A stretch of 64,000 nt of DNA from Treponema sp. (GTDB lineage Bacteria; Spirochaetota; Spirochaetia; Treponematales; Treponemataceae), in contig JAIKYZ010000027.1 in the NCBI GenBank assembly GCA_024682655.1, positions 1,071-65,070 of the forward strand. The letters run 5' to 3'. Of the stretch, positions 30,069-39,732 are shown in pieces. The position numbers and the translations under genes were made by a program. The first letter of the stretch is position 1; every line of letters begins with the position of its first letter. The notes below the pieces were generated by a model that saw only the letters and a list, made by a program, of their open reading frames with translations, did no database searches and had not been told where the DNA came from.

Positions 30069-31777
30069 TGGAATCTTCTAACAGTTTTAATTACATTTTT
30101 AGACGCTACCCCTTTTTTAGGGTTTTATTATTGGTAATTCTCTTAGGAATAATTGTTGCTTCTATACTTTTTATCAATCACCGTATAAAGCCTATTCCTG
30201 AAATTGAGTCTATTGTCCCTCCTGTTGGTTCTCCGGGGGATGTTGTTATTATAAGCGGTAAAAATTTTGGTGACGCCAGAAATATGAGTTATGTTGAATT
30301 TTCTGGTTCAAAATTAACTTCTTCTTCTTATATTTCCTGGTCAGATACTCAGATTAAACTTGTACTTCCTGCAAATATTCGTGATGGTTTGGTTGTTGTT
30401 GGAACTAAAGATTCAAGATCTAAACCTTCGCTTTTTGCAAATGAAGTTGATATTCCTGTTCCTGTAACAACTTATGTTCAATCTACAAAACCTGTAATCA
30501 CAGAAGTTTCTTCTAAAAAATTCAAAGTTGGTGATTTGATTAAAATTAGCGGAAACAATTTTGGCGAAAGTAGAAATAAGACAAAAGTTCTTTTTACAAT
30601 GGATTACAACAACAAGATAAAAGAAAGCGATGTAAAAAATATTAATCTGCTTACAGAAAATATGCTGGAAGCAAATGAAAATGAATTTGATTATCTTTCC
30701 TGGTCAAATACAGAAATAGAATTATACGTTCCAGATGGAATTTCTTCGGGTATTATGTATATTGATACTGGTAAAGAAAAATCGGAAGCCTTGTATTACA
30801 CTCTGGATGATTCTATTGGAAGTAAAACTTTTACCAATAAAAAAATCTACCTTATGGAATACACTGCAGATATTGCTGATGTTGTTACTAATGACACTGC
30901 AACAATTACCCTGCGCTGTCCACTTCCTGAAGTTTACAGCCTTCAGCCAAATTTGGAAATTACAGATGTAACCCCTAGTCCTATTTTATATAACTATCAA
31001 AAAGATTTAATTCATCAGGTTGTTAGAAATAAAAGTTCTAATAATAAGAGTTTCTTTGACCAGACTTTTGTTCTTACTGTTTATGAAGTAAAAACTAATG
31101 TAAATGTAGATAAAGTAGGTTCTTATAAAAATATTAATCCTGTAGTTCTTGAAAATGCCTTAAAAGCAGATTCTTTTAATCCTTGTGATAATCAGGATAT
31201 TCTTGAGTTGTGCCTTAAAATTGTTGGCCGCGAAAAAAATCCTTATAAAAAGGCCAAGATGATTTATGATTATATGTGTGATAATTATAGAATCTTAAAA
31301 AACACAAGAAAGGGTGATGCAAATCCTTTGGATATGTTGAAATCTAAAAAAGGTGATGCTTATGATTTTGCGGTTATCTACACTAGCCTGCTGAGGGCCG
31401 CAGATATTCCTGCTTATACAGATTCTGGAGTTTTAGTTGGACAGGATTTTGTAACCCAGGTTCACTGGTGGAGTGAATTTTATCTTGAAGGTTTTGGTTG
31501 GATCCCTGTTGATACTGCTTTAGGTGCAGGTCTTGAATATAATAAGTGGAATGAAGGAAAGATTGAAGATTCCAGAGAATATTATTTTGGAAATCTTGAT
31601 TCTCATCACATAACTTTCTCTAGGGGCTGGAATCAGTTGAAACCTTTTAGTCAGGATAATAAAATTGTACAGCAGCCTAGAAGTTTTGCTCTTCAGTCTA
31701 TTTGGGAAGAGGCTTCTAATTCTACTGTTAAGTACAGCAGTTATTGGAGTGTTCCAGTAATTAAAGGCCTTTATTAA
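30068..31777 (+). CDS. membrane-anchored IPT/TIG-repeat protein with a transglutaminase-like domain
   Basis: N-terminal TM; two IPT repeats (GDVVIISGKNFG, GDLIKISGNNFG); HWWSEFYLEGFGWIPVD. Confidence 0.85.
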   Translation: MESSNSFNYIFRRYPFFRVLLLVILLGIIVASILFINHRIKPIPEIESIVPPVGSPGDVVIISGKNFGDARNMSYVEFSGSKLTSSSYISWSDTQIKLVLPANIRDGLVVVGTKDSRSKPSLFANEVDIPVPVTTYVQSTKPVITEVSSKKFKVGDLIKISGNNFGESRNKTKVLFTMDYNNKIKESDVKNINLLTENMLEANENEFDYLSWSNTEIELYVPDGISSGIMYIDTGKEKSEALYYTLDDSIGSKTFTNKKIYLMEYTADIADVVTNDTATITLRCPLPEVYSLQPNLEITDVTPSPILYNYQKDLIHQVVRNKSSNNKSFFDQTFVLTVYEVKTNVNVDKVGSYKNINPVVLENALKADSFNPCDNQDILELCLKIVGREKNPYKKAKMIYDYMCDNYRILKNTRKGDANPLDMLKSKKGDAYDFAVIYTSLLRAADIPAYTDSGVLVGQDFVTQVHWWSEFYLEGFGWIPVDTALGAGLEYNKWNEGKIEDSREYYFGNLDSHHITFSRGWNQLKPFSQDNKIVQQPRSFALQSIWEEASNSTVKYSSYWSVPVIKGLY

Positions 31778-31806
31778 TTGGTTTATAAATTGTAAAAGGA
31801 GTTTTT

Positions 31807-32508
31807 ATGTCTACAAAAGTTTTAAGTGTAGGTGGTTCAATTATTGTTCCTGAAAAACCAGATACTGATTTTTTGGTTAAATTTGTTTCTATGTGTATAG
31901 AATGGCTTAAAGAAGATAAGTCTAGACGTTTAATTTTAGTAGCAGGAGGTGGAGCTCCAGCAAGAGTTTACCAGAATGCTTATAAAGAAGTTGCAGAAAA
32001 AACAGGTCTTGCTTCTGAAGATATGGCAGCTGACTGGATTGGTATTATGGCTACTAGAATTAATGCTCAGTTGTTAAAAGCCTCTTTTGGCGAATACTGC
32101 AAAAATGATGTTGTTTATAATCCAACTCTTGAAGATTTAAAATTTGATGGCCAGGTTTTAGTTGCTTCTGGCTGGAAACCAGGTTTTTCTACCGATACAG
32201 ATGCTGTTTATCTTGGAGAAAAATTTGATGCTAAGACAATTGTAAATCTTTCTAACATCGAAAAAGTTTACACTGACGATCCAAGAAAAAATCCAGATGC
32301 TAAGCCAATCGATTCAATTTCCTGGGCAGATTTCCGCAAGATTGTTGGAGATGAATGGGTTCCTGGAAAGAATTGTCCATTTGACCCAATTGCCTCTAAA
32401 AAAGCCGATCAGCTTGGAATGAAGGTAATTTGTGCTTCTGGTAAAAATATTGAAAATATTAAATCTATTTTGAATGAAAAAGAATATATTGGAACTACAA
32501 TTGGTTAA
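31807..32508 (+). CDS. pyrH: UMP kinase, archaeal/spirochaete type
   Basis: VLSVGGS, VAGGGAPARVYQ, GWKPGFSTD, VYTDDPRKNP, PFDPIA. Confidence 0.92.
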   Translation: MSTKVLSVGGSIIVPEKPDTDFLVKFVSMCIEWLKEDKSRRLILVAGGGAPARVYQNAYKEVAEKTGLASEDMAADWIGIMATRINAQLLKASFGEYCKNDVVYNPTLEDLKFDGQVLVASGWKPGFSTDTDAVYLGEKFDAKTIVNLSNIEKVYTDDPRKNPDAKPIDSISWADFRKIVGDEWVPGKNCPFDPIASKKADQLGMKVICASGKNIENIKSILNEKEYIGTTIG

Positions 32509-32523
32509 TTTATAGTTTTTTAT

Positions 32524-32661
32524 AAAAAAAAGGCAGGAAATTAATATCTGAGCTGCACTTGGCTGTGGATTTAATTTCCTGCCTTTTTTATTTAGGGTTT
32601 ATTACAAACCCTAAAAACGAGCGAGTCAAGGCCTTGAGCGAAGCGTGCCTTGACCGGTCGT
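32524..32661. repeat. array of three hairpins including a bidirectional terminator in a convergent gap
   Basis: 19-bp perfect stem AAAAAAGGCAGGAAATTAA/TTAATTTCCTGCCTTTTTT; TTTAGGGTTT/AAACCCTAAA; GTCAAGGC/GCCTTGAC. Confidence 0.7.
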
Positions 32662-32676
32662 ATGGCTCAACAAATG

Positions 32677-33306
32677 TTAATTTTTTGGGAAAAGTAATTC
32701 CATTTCGCAGAGGATTTTTTCTATTTTTTGATCGTATTCTGGGTCGCTTGCCCAATTTCCTGTAAGATCTTGAATAGTATCTGCGTGTTTTGTTTTGTGT
32801 GGCCAATCATAACGAGGGTCCACAAGTTCATTATTGAGTTTTACATCTTCGTCTGTTGCATAGGCGTGTAGATGCTGAATATGAGCCCTAATTCCTAATA
32901 ATTTGGTTGGAAAACTTTCGCCTGGGTTATCTTTATCTATAGCGCCAAGCCCGCAAAAATTGTTCATACTTGCTTTTACAAGGTTTCCAAATTTTAAATA
33001 GCCTGTTTCAAGACACATCTGGGCAAAAGCAACATCGGAATTGATTCCTTCATCATTTGCTTCAGCTATGTAATTTGCGGCCATATTTAAAATTTCGTTT
33101 ACATCTGCATTTGGTCTTTTTGATAGAAAATATCTTGTTAATTGACCAGCGTTTAACTGACCCTTATCCATAAGTTTTCTTGAAAGATATGGCTGGGGAG
33201 GGAGCTCTATTTCTTGAGTCTTTGGTGTACTTTTACAGGAAAAAAGTAGGAGACTGGCTGAAATAAGTGTGAGTAAAATAGTTAATTTCTTCATAGGTCT
33301 TTTCAT
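32677..33306 (-). CDS. glucosaminidase-domain (GH73-like) lipoprotein
   Basis: lipobox LLFSC; AFAQMCLETG, NNFCGLG, HIQHLHAYA, LTGNWASDPEY; alternative start 33294. Confidence 0.85.
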   Translation of the reverse strand: MKRPMKKLTILLTLISASLLLFSCKSTPKTQEIELPPQPYLSRKLMDKGQLNAGQLTRYFLSKRPNADVNEILNMAANYIAEANDEGINSDVAFAQMCLETGYLKFGNLVKASMNNFCGLGAIDKDNPGESFPTKLLGIRAHIQHLHAYATDEDVKLNNELVDPRYDWPHKTKHADTIQDLTGNWASDPEYDQKIEKILCEMELLFPKN

Positions 33307-33388
33307 GGTTGAAAAATATACACTTTATTAAAAAAAATTTAAATGGACTTCATAATTTGTTTCAATCAATTCAATTATATATGTAGAT

Positions 33389-34060
33389 ATGGAAACAAAT
33401 TTAACAAATAAAAAACTGGACTTGAGGGAAATGGCTCTTGAGCACGGAATGTCTTTTCCTTTTGATGAAGATTTGGTGGCTTTGATTTTGGGCTCTGGTA
33501 GTAAAGAATTTCCAATTCAAAGTATGGCACGAAAAATTGTGGAAACTTTGGATAATTCTAATGAAAAAGATATCGTTAGGAATTTACTAAGTGTAAAGGG
33601 AATTGGTAGTAGTAAGGCTTTGGCAATTGCTGCAGCCCTGGAACTGGGAAAAAGAAGAAGTAATCATTTGAGGGCACCTATCAGGACGCCGGAAGATATG
33701 ATTCCCTTTATTAAAAATTTTGCGGTTAGTAATAAGGAACGTTTTGTAGTTGTAACTTTAAATGGGGGGCATGAAATAATTCAGATTCATGTGGTTAGTG
33801 TTGGAACTTTGAACCGATCTTTAATTCATCCCCGCGAAGTATTTTCGGAGGCAATCAGGGAAAATGCTGCCGCGATGATTTTATGCCATAATCACCCCTC
33901 GGGGAATGTGGAGCCTTCTGAAGAAGATATTCAAACTACAAAGATTTTATTAAAAGCCTCTATAATTCTGGGAATTGATATTCTTGATCATATAATTGTA
34001 GACAGAGAGAAATATTATAGCTTTGTTGAACATAATCTATTGTTTACAAATGACGAGTAA
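33389..34060 (+). CDS. radC: RadC/JAB-domain protein
   Basis: HhH VKGIG; VHPREVF-like IHPREVF; HNHPSG...PSEED; LDHIIV. Confidence 0.92.
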   Translation: METNLTNKKLDLREMALEHGMSFPFDEDLVALILGSGSKEFPIQSMARKIVETLDNSNEKDIVRNLLSVKGIGSSKALAIAAALELGKRRSNHLRAPIRTPEDMIPFIKNFAVSNKERFVVVTLNGGHEIIQIHVVSVGTLNRSLIHPREVFSEAIRENAAAMILCHNHPSGNVEPSEEDIQTTKILLKASIILGIDILDHIIVDREKYYSFVEHNLLFTNDE

Positions 34061-34075
34061 GATAAAATTGCAGTT

Positions 34076-35950
34076 ATGAATTGCGGTAAAAAATTAAAGC
34101 CATTATTTTTGATTTTCACTTTGCTTTTTGTATGCAAGCCTTTATTTTCTGAGGAAATTTCATTTTTAGAGCCAAATAAAATTAAAGAAACTAAAGATCA
34201 ATCTACGGTCCTGGAAATTAAAACAAATGTTTTTGGGGCTGATGTTTATATCAACGAAGTTTATCTTGGAAAAACAAATCTTACTGTTTTAGATTATTTG
34301 TCCGGAAATTATTTTTTGAAAGTTAGTAAAAAGGGGTATGAGACAAAAAAATATCAGCTGGAAATCCAGAAGGGCTACCATCAAACTTATTACATTGAAT
34401 TGAAGGCTCTTTACGGAAATCTTTCTTTGTCTAATCTTGATGCTGACGCTTTAGTTTTTATAGATGGCCGAAAGCTTTCTCTTGACTTAGAGGAAATCGC
34501 CGGGGACGGACAGGAAACTTCCGCCGGGGAGAACGAAATTGCCGGGGGACAGGAAACTGCCGCCGGGGAGGGTGAAATCGCCGGGGGCGGACAGCAAACT
34601 GCAGCCGGGGAAAGCCAAATCGCCGGGGCACAGCAAATCGCCGCCGGGGAGGGTGAAATCGCCGGGGGCGCACAGCAAATCGCCGCCGGGGAAAACGAAA
34701 TCGCCAGGGGACAGGAAACTGCCGAGCCCCAGCAAGCCCAAAATCTTACACAAAAGCCTAAGTATTCTGCCAGTGTAAAAATCCCGGTTGGGGAGCATGA
34801 AGTTCTGGTTAGAAAATTTGGCTGTAAAGATTTTTATGCTGAGGTAACTATTCAAAAGGGCCAGACTTCATCGCTGGAAATTAAAGAAGAATTAATTGAT
34901 TTTGAAATTAAGTCTTTTGGCGTTTCTAAAAAATCTTTTAATCCTGAATATAAAAATTCAGTTGGCAGTGTAACTTTTGCTTTTGCCGTAACTGCAAGCC
35001 AGCCCCTTTCTTTTTACATTAAAAATTCAAAAGATGAGATTGTTTTTAATCATGAATGGAAGGAATTTAATAACTGGTATCAGTCGATTGTCTGGGACGG
35101 AAAAGATTCAGACGGCAATATTTTGCCAGATGGAGAATATGTCGCAAGTATTCAGAGCAGACATTATATTTTTAATCAGCCGGTAAAAATTGACACTACA
35201 ATTTCTTATCCTCTGTTCAGCATTTGTGATAACGGAATTGGAATTGGAGATTTACCTGCGGTTTTTGCAAGCATTTCCAGTAAAGATTCTGAATTTGGAA
35301 AAATGCTCACTTTGCCTTATTTTCAGTTAAAACCAATTTCTAAAGTTACCGGGGATAATCCCGCTTTTATAGCAGTAAAATCAAATGTAGGAATTGTAAC
35401 TACAATTCAAAATAATTATGAATTTAATCTTGGAGTTTCTTTGTATCCAGGACTTGAAGATGGAGGGCTTTCTTTGAATGGAAGTTTTAAGCTTGCTTAT
35501 GCTTCTAAACTTGGAGATTTCTTTAGTCTTACTTATGGTGGACTTCTTCGTTATGGTTTTACAAATGCTACTTTATATTCTGATTATATTGATAATGGAA
35601 GTGGATTTGGCTTAGGCGCCTTACTTGGTCTTGATTCAAAGATTTTAAAAATGGAACTTTCTTCTCAGTTATTTTTTAGGGAGAAAATTGTTGATAAGGA
35701 AAATCCAGAGGATTCTGTATTTTATTCAGTGTGGAAAAATGGGCTTACTTTGAGTGTAAAACCTGTAAATGTATTTAGTCTTTATTCCTGGCTTACTCTT
35801 GAAAATATAGATGCTCTTGATATTGGTGCAGGCTTTAATTTTATGCCTGCAGGAACTTCAATACTTTTTGATTTTAATTGTCAGACCGCTATTTTGTTTA
35901 ATTCTTCAAGTTATCTGACTTTTGGAATTATGTTGTCATATTTGTTCTAA
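34076..35950 (+). CDS. exported PEGA-domain protein with FlgD-like Ig segment and internal tandem repeat
   Basis: signal peptide; PEGA (TNVFGADVYINEVYLGKT); WDGKDSDGNILPDGEY Ig motif. Confidence 0.8.
   Translation: MNCGKKLKPLFLIFTLLFVCKPLFSEEISFLEPNKIKETKDQSTVLEIKTNVFGADVYINEVYLGKTNLTVLDYLSGNYFLKVSKKGYETKKYQLEIQKGYHQTYYIELKALYGNLSLSNLDADALVFIDGRKLSLDLEEIAGDGQETSAGENEIAGGQETAAGEGEIAGGGQQTAAGESQIAGAQQIAAGEGEIAGGAQQIAAGENEIARGQETAEPQQAQNLTQKPKYSASVKIPVGEHEVLVRKFGCKDFYAEVTIQKGQTSSLEIKEELIDFEIKSFGVSKKSFNPEYKNSVGSVTFAFAVTASQPLSFYIKNSKDEIVFNHEWKEFNNWYQSIVWDGKDSDGNILPDGEYVASIQSRHYIFNQPVKIDTTISYPLFSICDNGIGIGDLPAVFASISSKDSEFGKMLTLPYFQLKPISKVTGDNPAFIAVKSNVGIVTTIQNNYEFNLGVSLYPGLEDGGLSLNGSFKLAYASKLGDFFSLTYGGLLRYGFTNATLYSDYIDNGSGFGLGALLGLDSKILKMELSSQLFFREKIVDKENPEDSVFYSVWKNGLTLSVKPVNVFSLYSWLTLENIDALDIGAGFNFMPAGTSILFDFNCQTAILFNSSSYLTFGIMLSYLF
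34493..34726 (+). repeat. in-frame GC-rich tandem repeat, about 6 units of 39-42 bp
   Basis: encodes EIAG(G)xQ(E/Q)(T/I)AAGEx; recurring GAAATCGCCGGGG and GCCGGGGA. Confidence 0.92.
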
Positions 35951-36103
35951 TTTATTAAATTTTAGGAATGTTTAAATTGAATGGCTAAAATATCGCCATT
36001 CAATTTAACTTAGAGTTTCTTGCGAAACTCTTATATTGTTAATCAAATATCCTCGGTTGTTGAAACAACCTGCGGTATTTGATTTTAAAGAAAGGTTATA
36101 GTA

Positions 36104-37360
36104 ATGAAATTATATTCTCGTGGTCAGGTTTTTAGGTTCGTTTTAATTGTTTCTGTTTTGGTAGCAGGCCTAACAGCTCTTATTTGTGGAAAAATCTTCT
36201 CACAAAACAATAAAAATCAGTCTTTTGCAGCTTCAGAGGCAAAGGAAAATTCTGTAGAAGAAGTTGCTCAAGAGGAAAATTATCAACTTGCAAAATATGA
36301 AAATGAACTGGAGTTAGAAACTAATACTCCTGTTATTTCTGCAATGCCGGTTGCTAACGTAAATTATACCCAGGACGAAGTTCAAAATATTAATGTTTAT
36401 GAACTTTGTAATGATGCGGTTGTAAATATAAATACAAAAATTACTTCTTATGATTGGTTTTTGGAGCCTTATGTTTCGGATGGTGGCAGTGGTTCTGGTT
36501 CAATTATTGATAAACGAGGCTACATACTTACAAATGTACATGTAATTCAGAACGCGACAAAGATTTATGTTTCACTTTCGGATGGAACTCAGTATGAAGC
36601 CGAAGTTGTTGGCCAGGATTTAGACAGTGATCTTGCCGTTATTAAATTTGATCCTCCAGAGGGGGTTACTTTAAAAACCATAGGATTTGGAGATTCTACT
36701 GCTTTAAAAGTTGGACAGAAGGTTATAGCAATTGGAAATCCTTTTGGTATGGAAAGAACTATGACTTGCGGAATTGTTTCGGGGCTTGGTCGTCCAATTC
36801 AAAATTCAAACAACAGAATTATTAGAAATATGATTCAGACTGATGCTTCTATCAACCCGGGGAATTCTGGTGGACCTTTACTTGATACAAATGGAAAGAT
36901 GGTTGGAATTAACACAATGATTATGTCTAATTCTGGTTCTTCTTCCGGAGTTGGATTTGCGGTTCCAAGTCAAACTGCAATTAGAGTTGTAGCAGATCTT
37001 ATTAAATATGGAAAAGTTCAGAGGGGAACTCTGGATGTAAAACTTGTTCAAAACAGTCGTAGAATTGCTCAGTACGCAGGACTTGATATTTCAACTGGTA
37101 TGCTGGTTTCTGAAGTTACCAAAGGTGGAAATGCAGAAAAGGCCGGTATGCAGGGTGGTAGCGAGGCTGTTTATTATGGCAGCAGAAACTCTGTAATTTA
37201 TCTTGGCGGAGATATTATTATTAAGATTGATAATATAAAGATTTCAACTCTGGCAGATTATTATTCTGCTCTGGAAAGTAAAAAGCCTGGAGATGTAATT
37301 ACAGTTCTGGTAAGAAGAAATAATAAGGACGTAAGTCTAAAAATTACGCTTGGAGAATAA
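36104..37360 (+). CDS. htrA: HtrA/DegP-family serine protease with one PDZ domain
   Basis: TNVHV, SDLAVIK, TDASINPGNSGGPL; N-terminal TM. Confidence 0.93.
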   Translation: MKLYSRGQVFRFVLIVSVLVAGLTALICGKIFSQNNKNQSFAASEAKENSVEEVAQEENYQLAKYENELELETNTPVISAMPVANVNYTQDEVQNINVYELCNDAVVNINTKITSYDWFLEPYVSDGGSGSGSIIDKRGYILTNVHVIQNATKIYVSLSDGTQYEAEVVGQDLDSDLAVIKFDPPEGVTLKTIGFGDSTALKVGQKVIAIGNPFGMERTMTCGIVSGLGRPIQNSNNRIIRNMIQTDASINPGNSGGPLLDTNGKMVGINTMIMSNSGSSSGVGFAVPSQTAIRVVADLIKYGKVQRGTLDVKLVQNSRRIAQYAGLDISTGMLVSEVTKGGNAEKAGMQGGSEAVYYGSRNSVIYLGGDIIIKIDNIKISTLADYYSALESKKPGDVITVLVRRNNKDVSLKITLGE

Positions 37361-37364
37361 TTGA

Positions 37365-39362
37365 ATGAGAGAGTTTAAAGTTGTTTCTCCTTATGAGCCA
37401 AGTGGAGACCAGGCCCAGGCAATTGAAAAACTGAGCCAGGGATTTTTACGGGGCGATAAATATCAGACTCTTAAAGGTGTAACCGGTTCTGGAAAAACTT
37501 TTACAATGGCCAAAATTATTGAAAAAGTTCAAAGACCAACTTTAATCATAAGTCATAATAAAACACTTTCTGCCCAGCTTTACCGGGAATTTAAGACTTT
37601 TTTTCCAAACAATGCCGTTGAATATTTTGTTTCCTATTATGATTATTACCAGCCTGAAGCCTACGTTGCGGCCCGTGATTTATATATAGAAAAAGACTGT
37701 GATATCAATAAGGAAATTGACCAGCTTAGATTAGCCGCTACCTATAGTTTAATGGAAAGACGGGATGTAATTGTTGTTGCCACCGTCAGTTGTATTTATG
37801 GTCTGGGTATGCCAGATCTTTACAAGGAAATGAGGGTTCACCTGGAACTTGGTCAAACTCTTGATATTAAAAAATTTGCCGATTCTTTGATTTCTTTACA
37901 GTACACAAGAAATGATGATGTTCTTGACCGTGGAAATTTCCGCATTAAAGGTGATGTAATAGAAGTTTTTCCTCCTTATATGGAAACTGATGAAGCTTAT
38001 AGAATTGAACTTGATTGGGATGAAATAGTAAAGATTCGAAGATTTGAAGTTTTAAACCGTAATGTAACCGGGGAACTGGATGAAACTGTTTTTTATCCTG
38101 CCAAGCACTTTGTTGTTCCAAGAGAGCAGTTGATTAGTGCTACAGATAGAATCCAAAAAGAAATGGAAGAAAGGGTAGCAGAATTCCAGAAAGAAGGAAA
38201 AATACTGGAAGCCGAAAGAATTAAAACCCGTACAACTTATGATATTGAAATGTTAAAAGAAATGGGCTCTTGTCCGGGAATTGAAAATTATTCAGGGCCA
38301 ATTTCGGGGCGAAAATCTGGAGAACCTCCTGCAACTTTATTACATTATTTTCCAGATGATTTTTTATGTTTGATTGATGAAGCCCACGTTACAGTTCCAC
38401 AAATTGGGGCCATGTACGAAGGGGACAGAAGTCGTAAACAGAGTCTTATTAATTTTGGCTTTAGATTACCAAGTGCTTTGGATAACAGACCTTTGAAAAA
38501 AGCTGAATTCGACAAAAAGATGAATCAGATTATTTATGTAACTGCAACTCCTCGTCCAGATGAAGTAAAACAAAGTAGTCAGGTTGTTGAACAGCTTATT
38601 CGTCCTACAGGTCTTTTGGATCCTTTAATTGAAATTAGGCCTAGTGAAGGTCAAATGGAAGACATTTATAAGGAAGTTAAAGAAAGAATTGAAAAACATG
38701 AAAGAAGTTTGATTTTGACTTTAACTAAAAAAATGGCCGAAGATTTGACTCAGTATCTGACAGAATTAAATCTAAAAGTAAAATATATCCACTCTGAAAT
38801 TGATACCTTTGAAAGAGTTGAAATTTTAAAATCCCTGCGTTCAGGTGAAATTGACGTTCTGATTGGAATTAATCTTTTGCGAGAAGGTATTGATTTACCG
38901 GAAGTTTCTTTTATTGCAATTCTTGATGCAGATAAAATTGGATTTTTAAGGTCCGAAACTTCTTTGATTCAGATTATTGGTCGTGCAGCCCGTAATGCCC
39001 AGGGTATGGTTGTTATGTACGCTGACCATATGTCGCCTGCAATGGAAGCCGCTGTAAAAGAAACTAAACACAGGCGAGAAATCCAGGAAGCCTACAATAA
39101 AGAGCATGGAATTACTCCACAGACAATTAAAAAGGCTGTTGAAGATATTTTAATTCACGAGAAATCTGATGCCCAGGAAAATGCACAGCTGGATGTGGAA
39201 GTAATTAAAAATAAAGCAAATCTCTTTAATTCCAGTGAGCGTAAAAAAGTTATTAAGGCTCTTACCAAGCAGATGTCTGATTTTGCGGATAGAATGGAAT
39301 ACGAAGAAGCGGCTGCAATTCGTGACCAGATTAGGGAGATTGAAGCCCAGTACGGAAAGTAA
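37365..39362 (+). CDS. uvrB: excinuclease ABC subunit B
   Basis: GVTGSGKT, YYDYYQPEAY, GFRLPSALDNRPL, C-terminal UVR domain. Confidence 0.99.
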   Translation: MREFKVVSPYEPSGDQAQAIEKLSQGFLRGDKYQTLKGVTGSGKTFTMAKIIEKVQRPTLIISHNKTLSAQLYREFKTFFPNNAVEYFVSYYDYYQPEAYVAARDLYIEKDCDINKEIDQLRLAATYSLMERRDVIVVATVSCIYGLGMPDLYKEMRVHLELGQTLDIKKFADSLISLQYTRNDDVLDRGNFRIKGDVIEVFPPYMETDEAYRIELDWDEIVKIRRFEVLNRNVTGELDETVFYPAKHFVVPREQLISATDRIQKEMEERVAEFQKEGKILEAERIKTRTTYDIEMLKEMGSCPGIENYSGPISGRKSGEPPATLLHYFPDDFLCLIDEAHVTVPQIGAMYEGDRSRKQSLINFGFRLPSALDNRPLKKAEFDKKMNQIIYVTATPRPDEVKQSSQVVEQLIRPTGLLDPLIEIRPSEGQMEDIYKEVKERIEKHERSLILTLTKKMAEDLTQYLTELNLKVKYIHSEIDTFERVEILKSLRSGEIDVLIGINLLREGIDLPEVSFIAILDADKIGFLRSETSLIQIIGRAARNAQGMVVMYADHMSPAMEAAVKETKHRREIQEAYNKEHGITPQTIKKAVEDILIHEKSDAQENAQLDVEVIKNKANLFNSSERKKVIKALTKQMSDFADRMEYEEAAAIRDQIREIEAQYGK

Positions 39363-39387
39363 ATTTTCTTATTAGGGATTTGTCTTG

Positions 39388-39416
39388 TTGACAATTTTTA
39401 ATAAATTTTATATGCT
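39388..39416 (+). promoter_or_regulatory. sigma70 promoter of rpmB
   Basis: TTGACA-N17-TATGCT. Confidence 0.7.
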
Positions 39417-39467
39417 CTTAAAACTATCGTTAGATTTTGATTATTGTTTTAAGGAAGGATAAATACT

Positions 39468-39692
39468 ATGTCAAGAATGTGTGATGTTTGTGGAAAAGGT
39501 GTAATGTCTGGAAACAAAGTTAGTAAATCTTATAATCATACACGCAGAACATGGAGACCAAATCTTCATACAGTAAAAGCTAAGCTTCCAAACGGTGAAG
39601 TTAGAACTCTTAAAGTATGTTCTGGATGTTTGAATGCTGGATTTATTGACAAGAAAGTTAGAGTTCCAAAAGCAGAAGTTGCTCAGAACTAA
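39468..39692 (+). CDS. rpmB: 50S ribosomal protein L28 (Zn-ribbon form)
   Basis: CDVCGKG..SGNKVS...RRTWRPNL...CSGC. Confidence 0.98.
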   Translation: MSRMCDVCGKGVMSGNKVSKSYNHTRRTWRPNLHTVKAKLPNGEVRTLKVCSGCLNAGFIDKKVRVPKAEVAQN

Positions 39693-39732
39693 ATCTAGTT
39701 TTTTTTATTAATTCATCTTTTTTAGGGGAATT

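Noticed and set aside
32559-32806. Small ORFs 32559-32765 (+) and 32588-32806 (-)
   Set aside because: Overlap the hairpin array and the glucosaminidase 3' end; no coding signal.
33389-34060. JAB protein as a CBASS Cap3-like defence component
   Set aside because: Has the RadC HhH plus JAB layout; no CD-NTase or E1/E2 genes nearby.
34458-34855. Alternative-frame and antisense ORFs over the PEGA repeat (71, 79, 122 aa)
   Set aside because: By-products of the GC-rich tandem repeat; no SD, low complexity.
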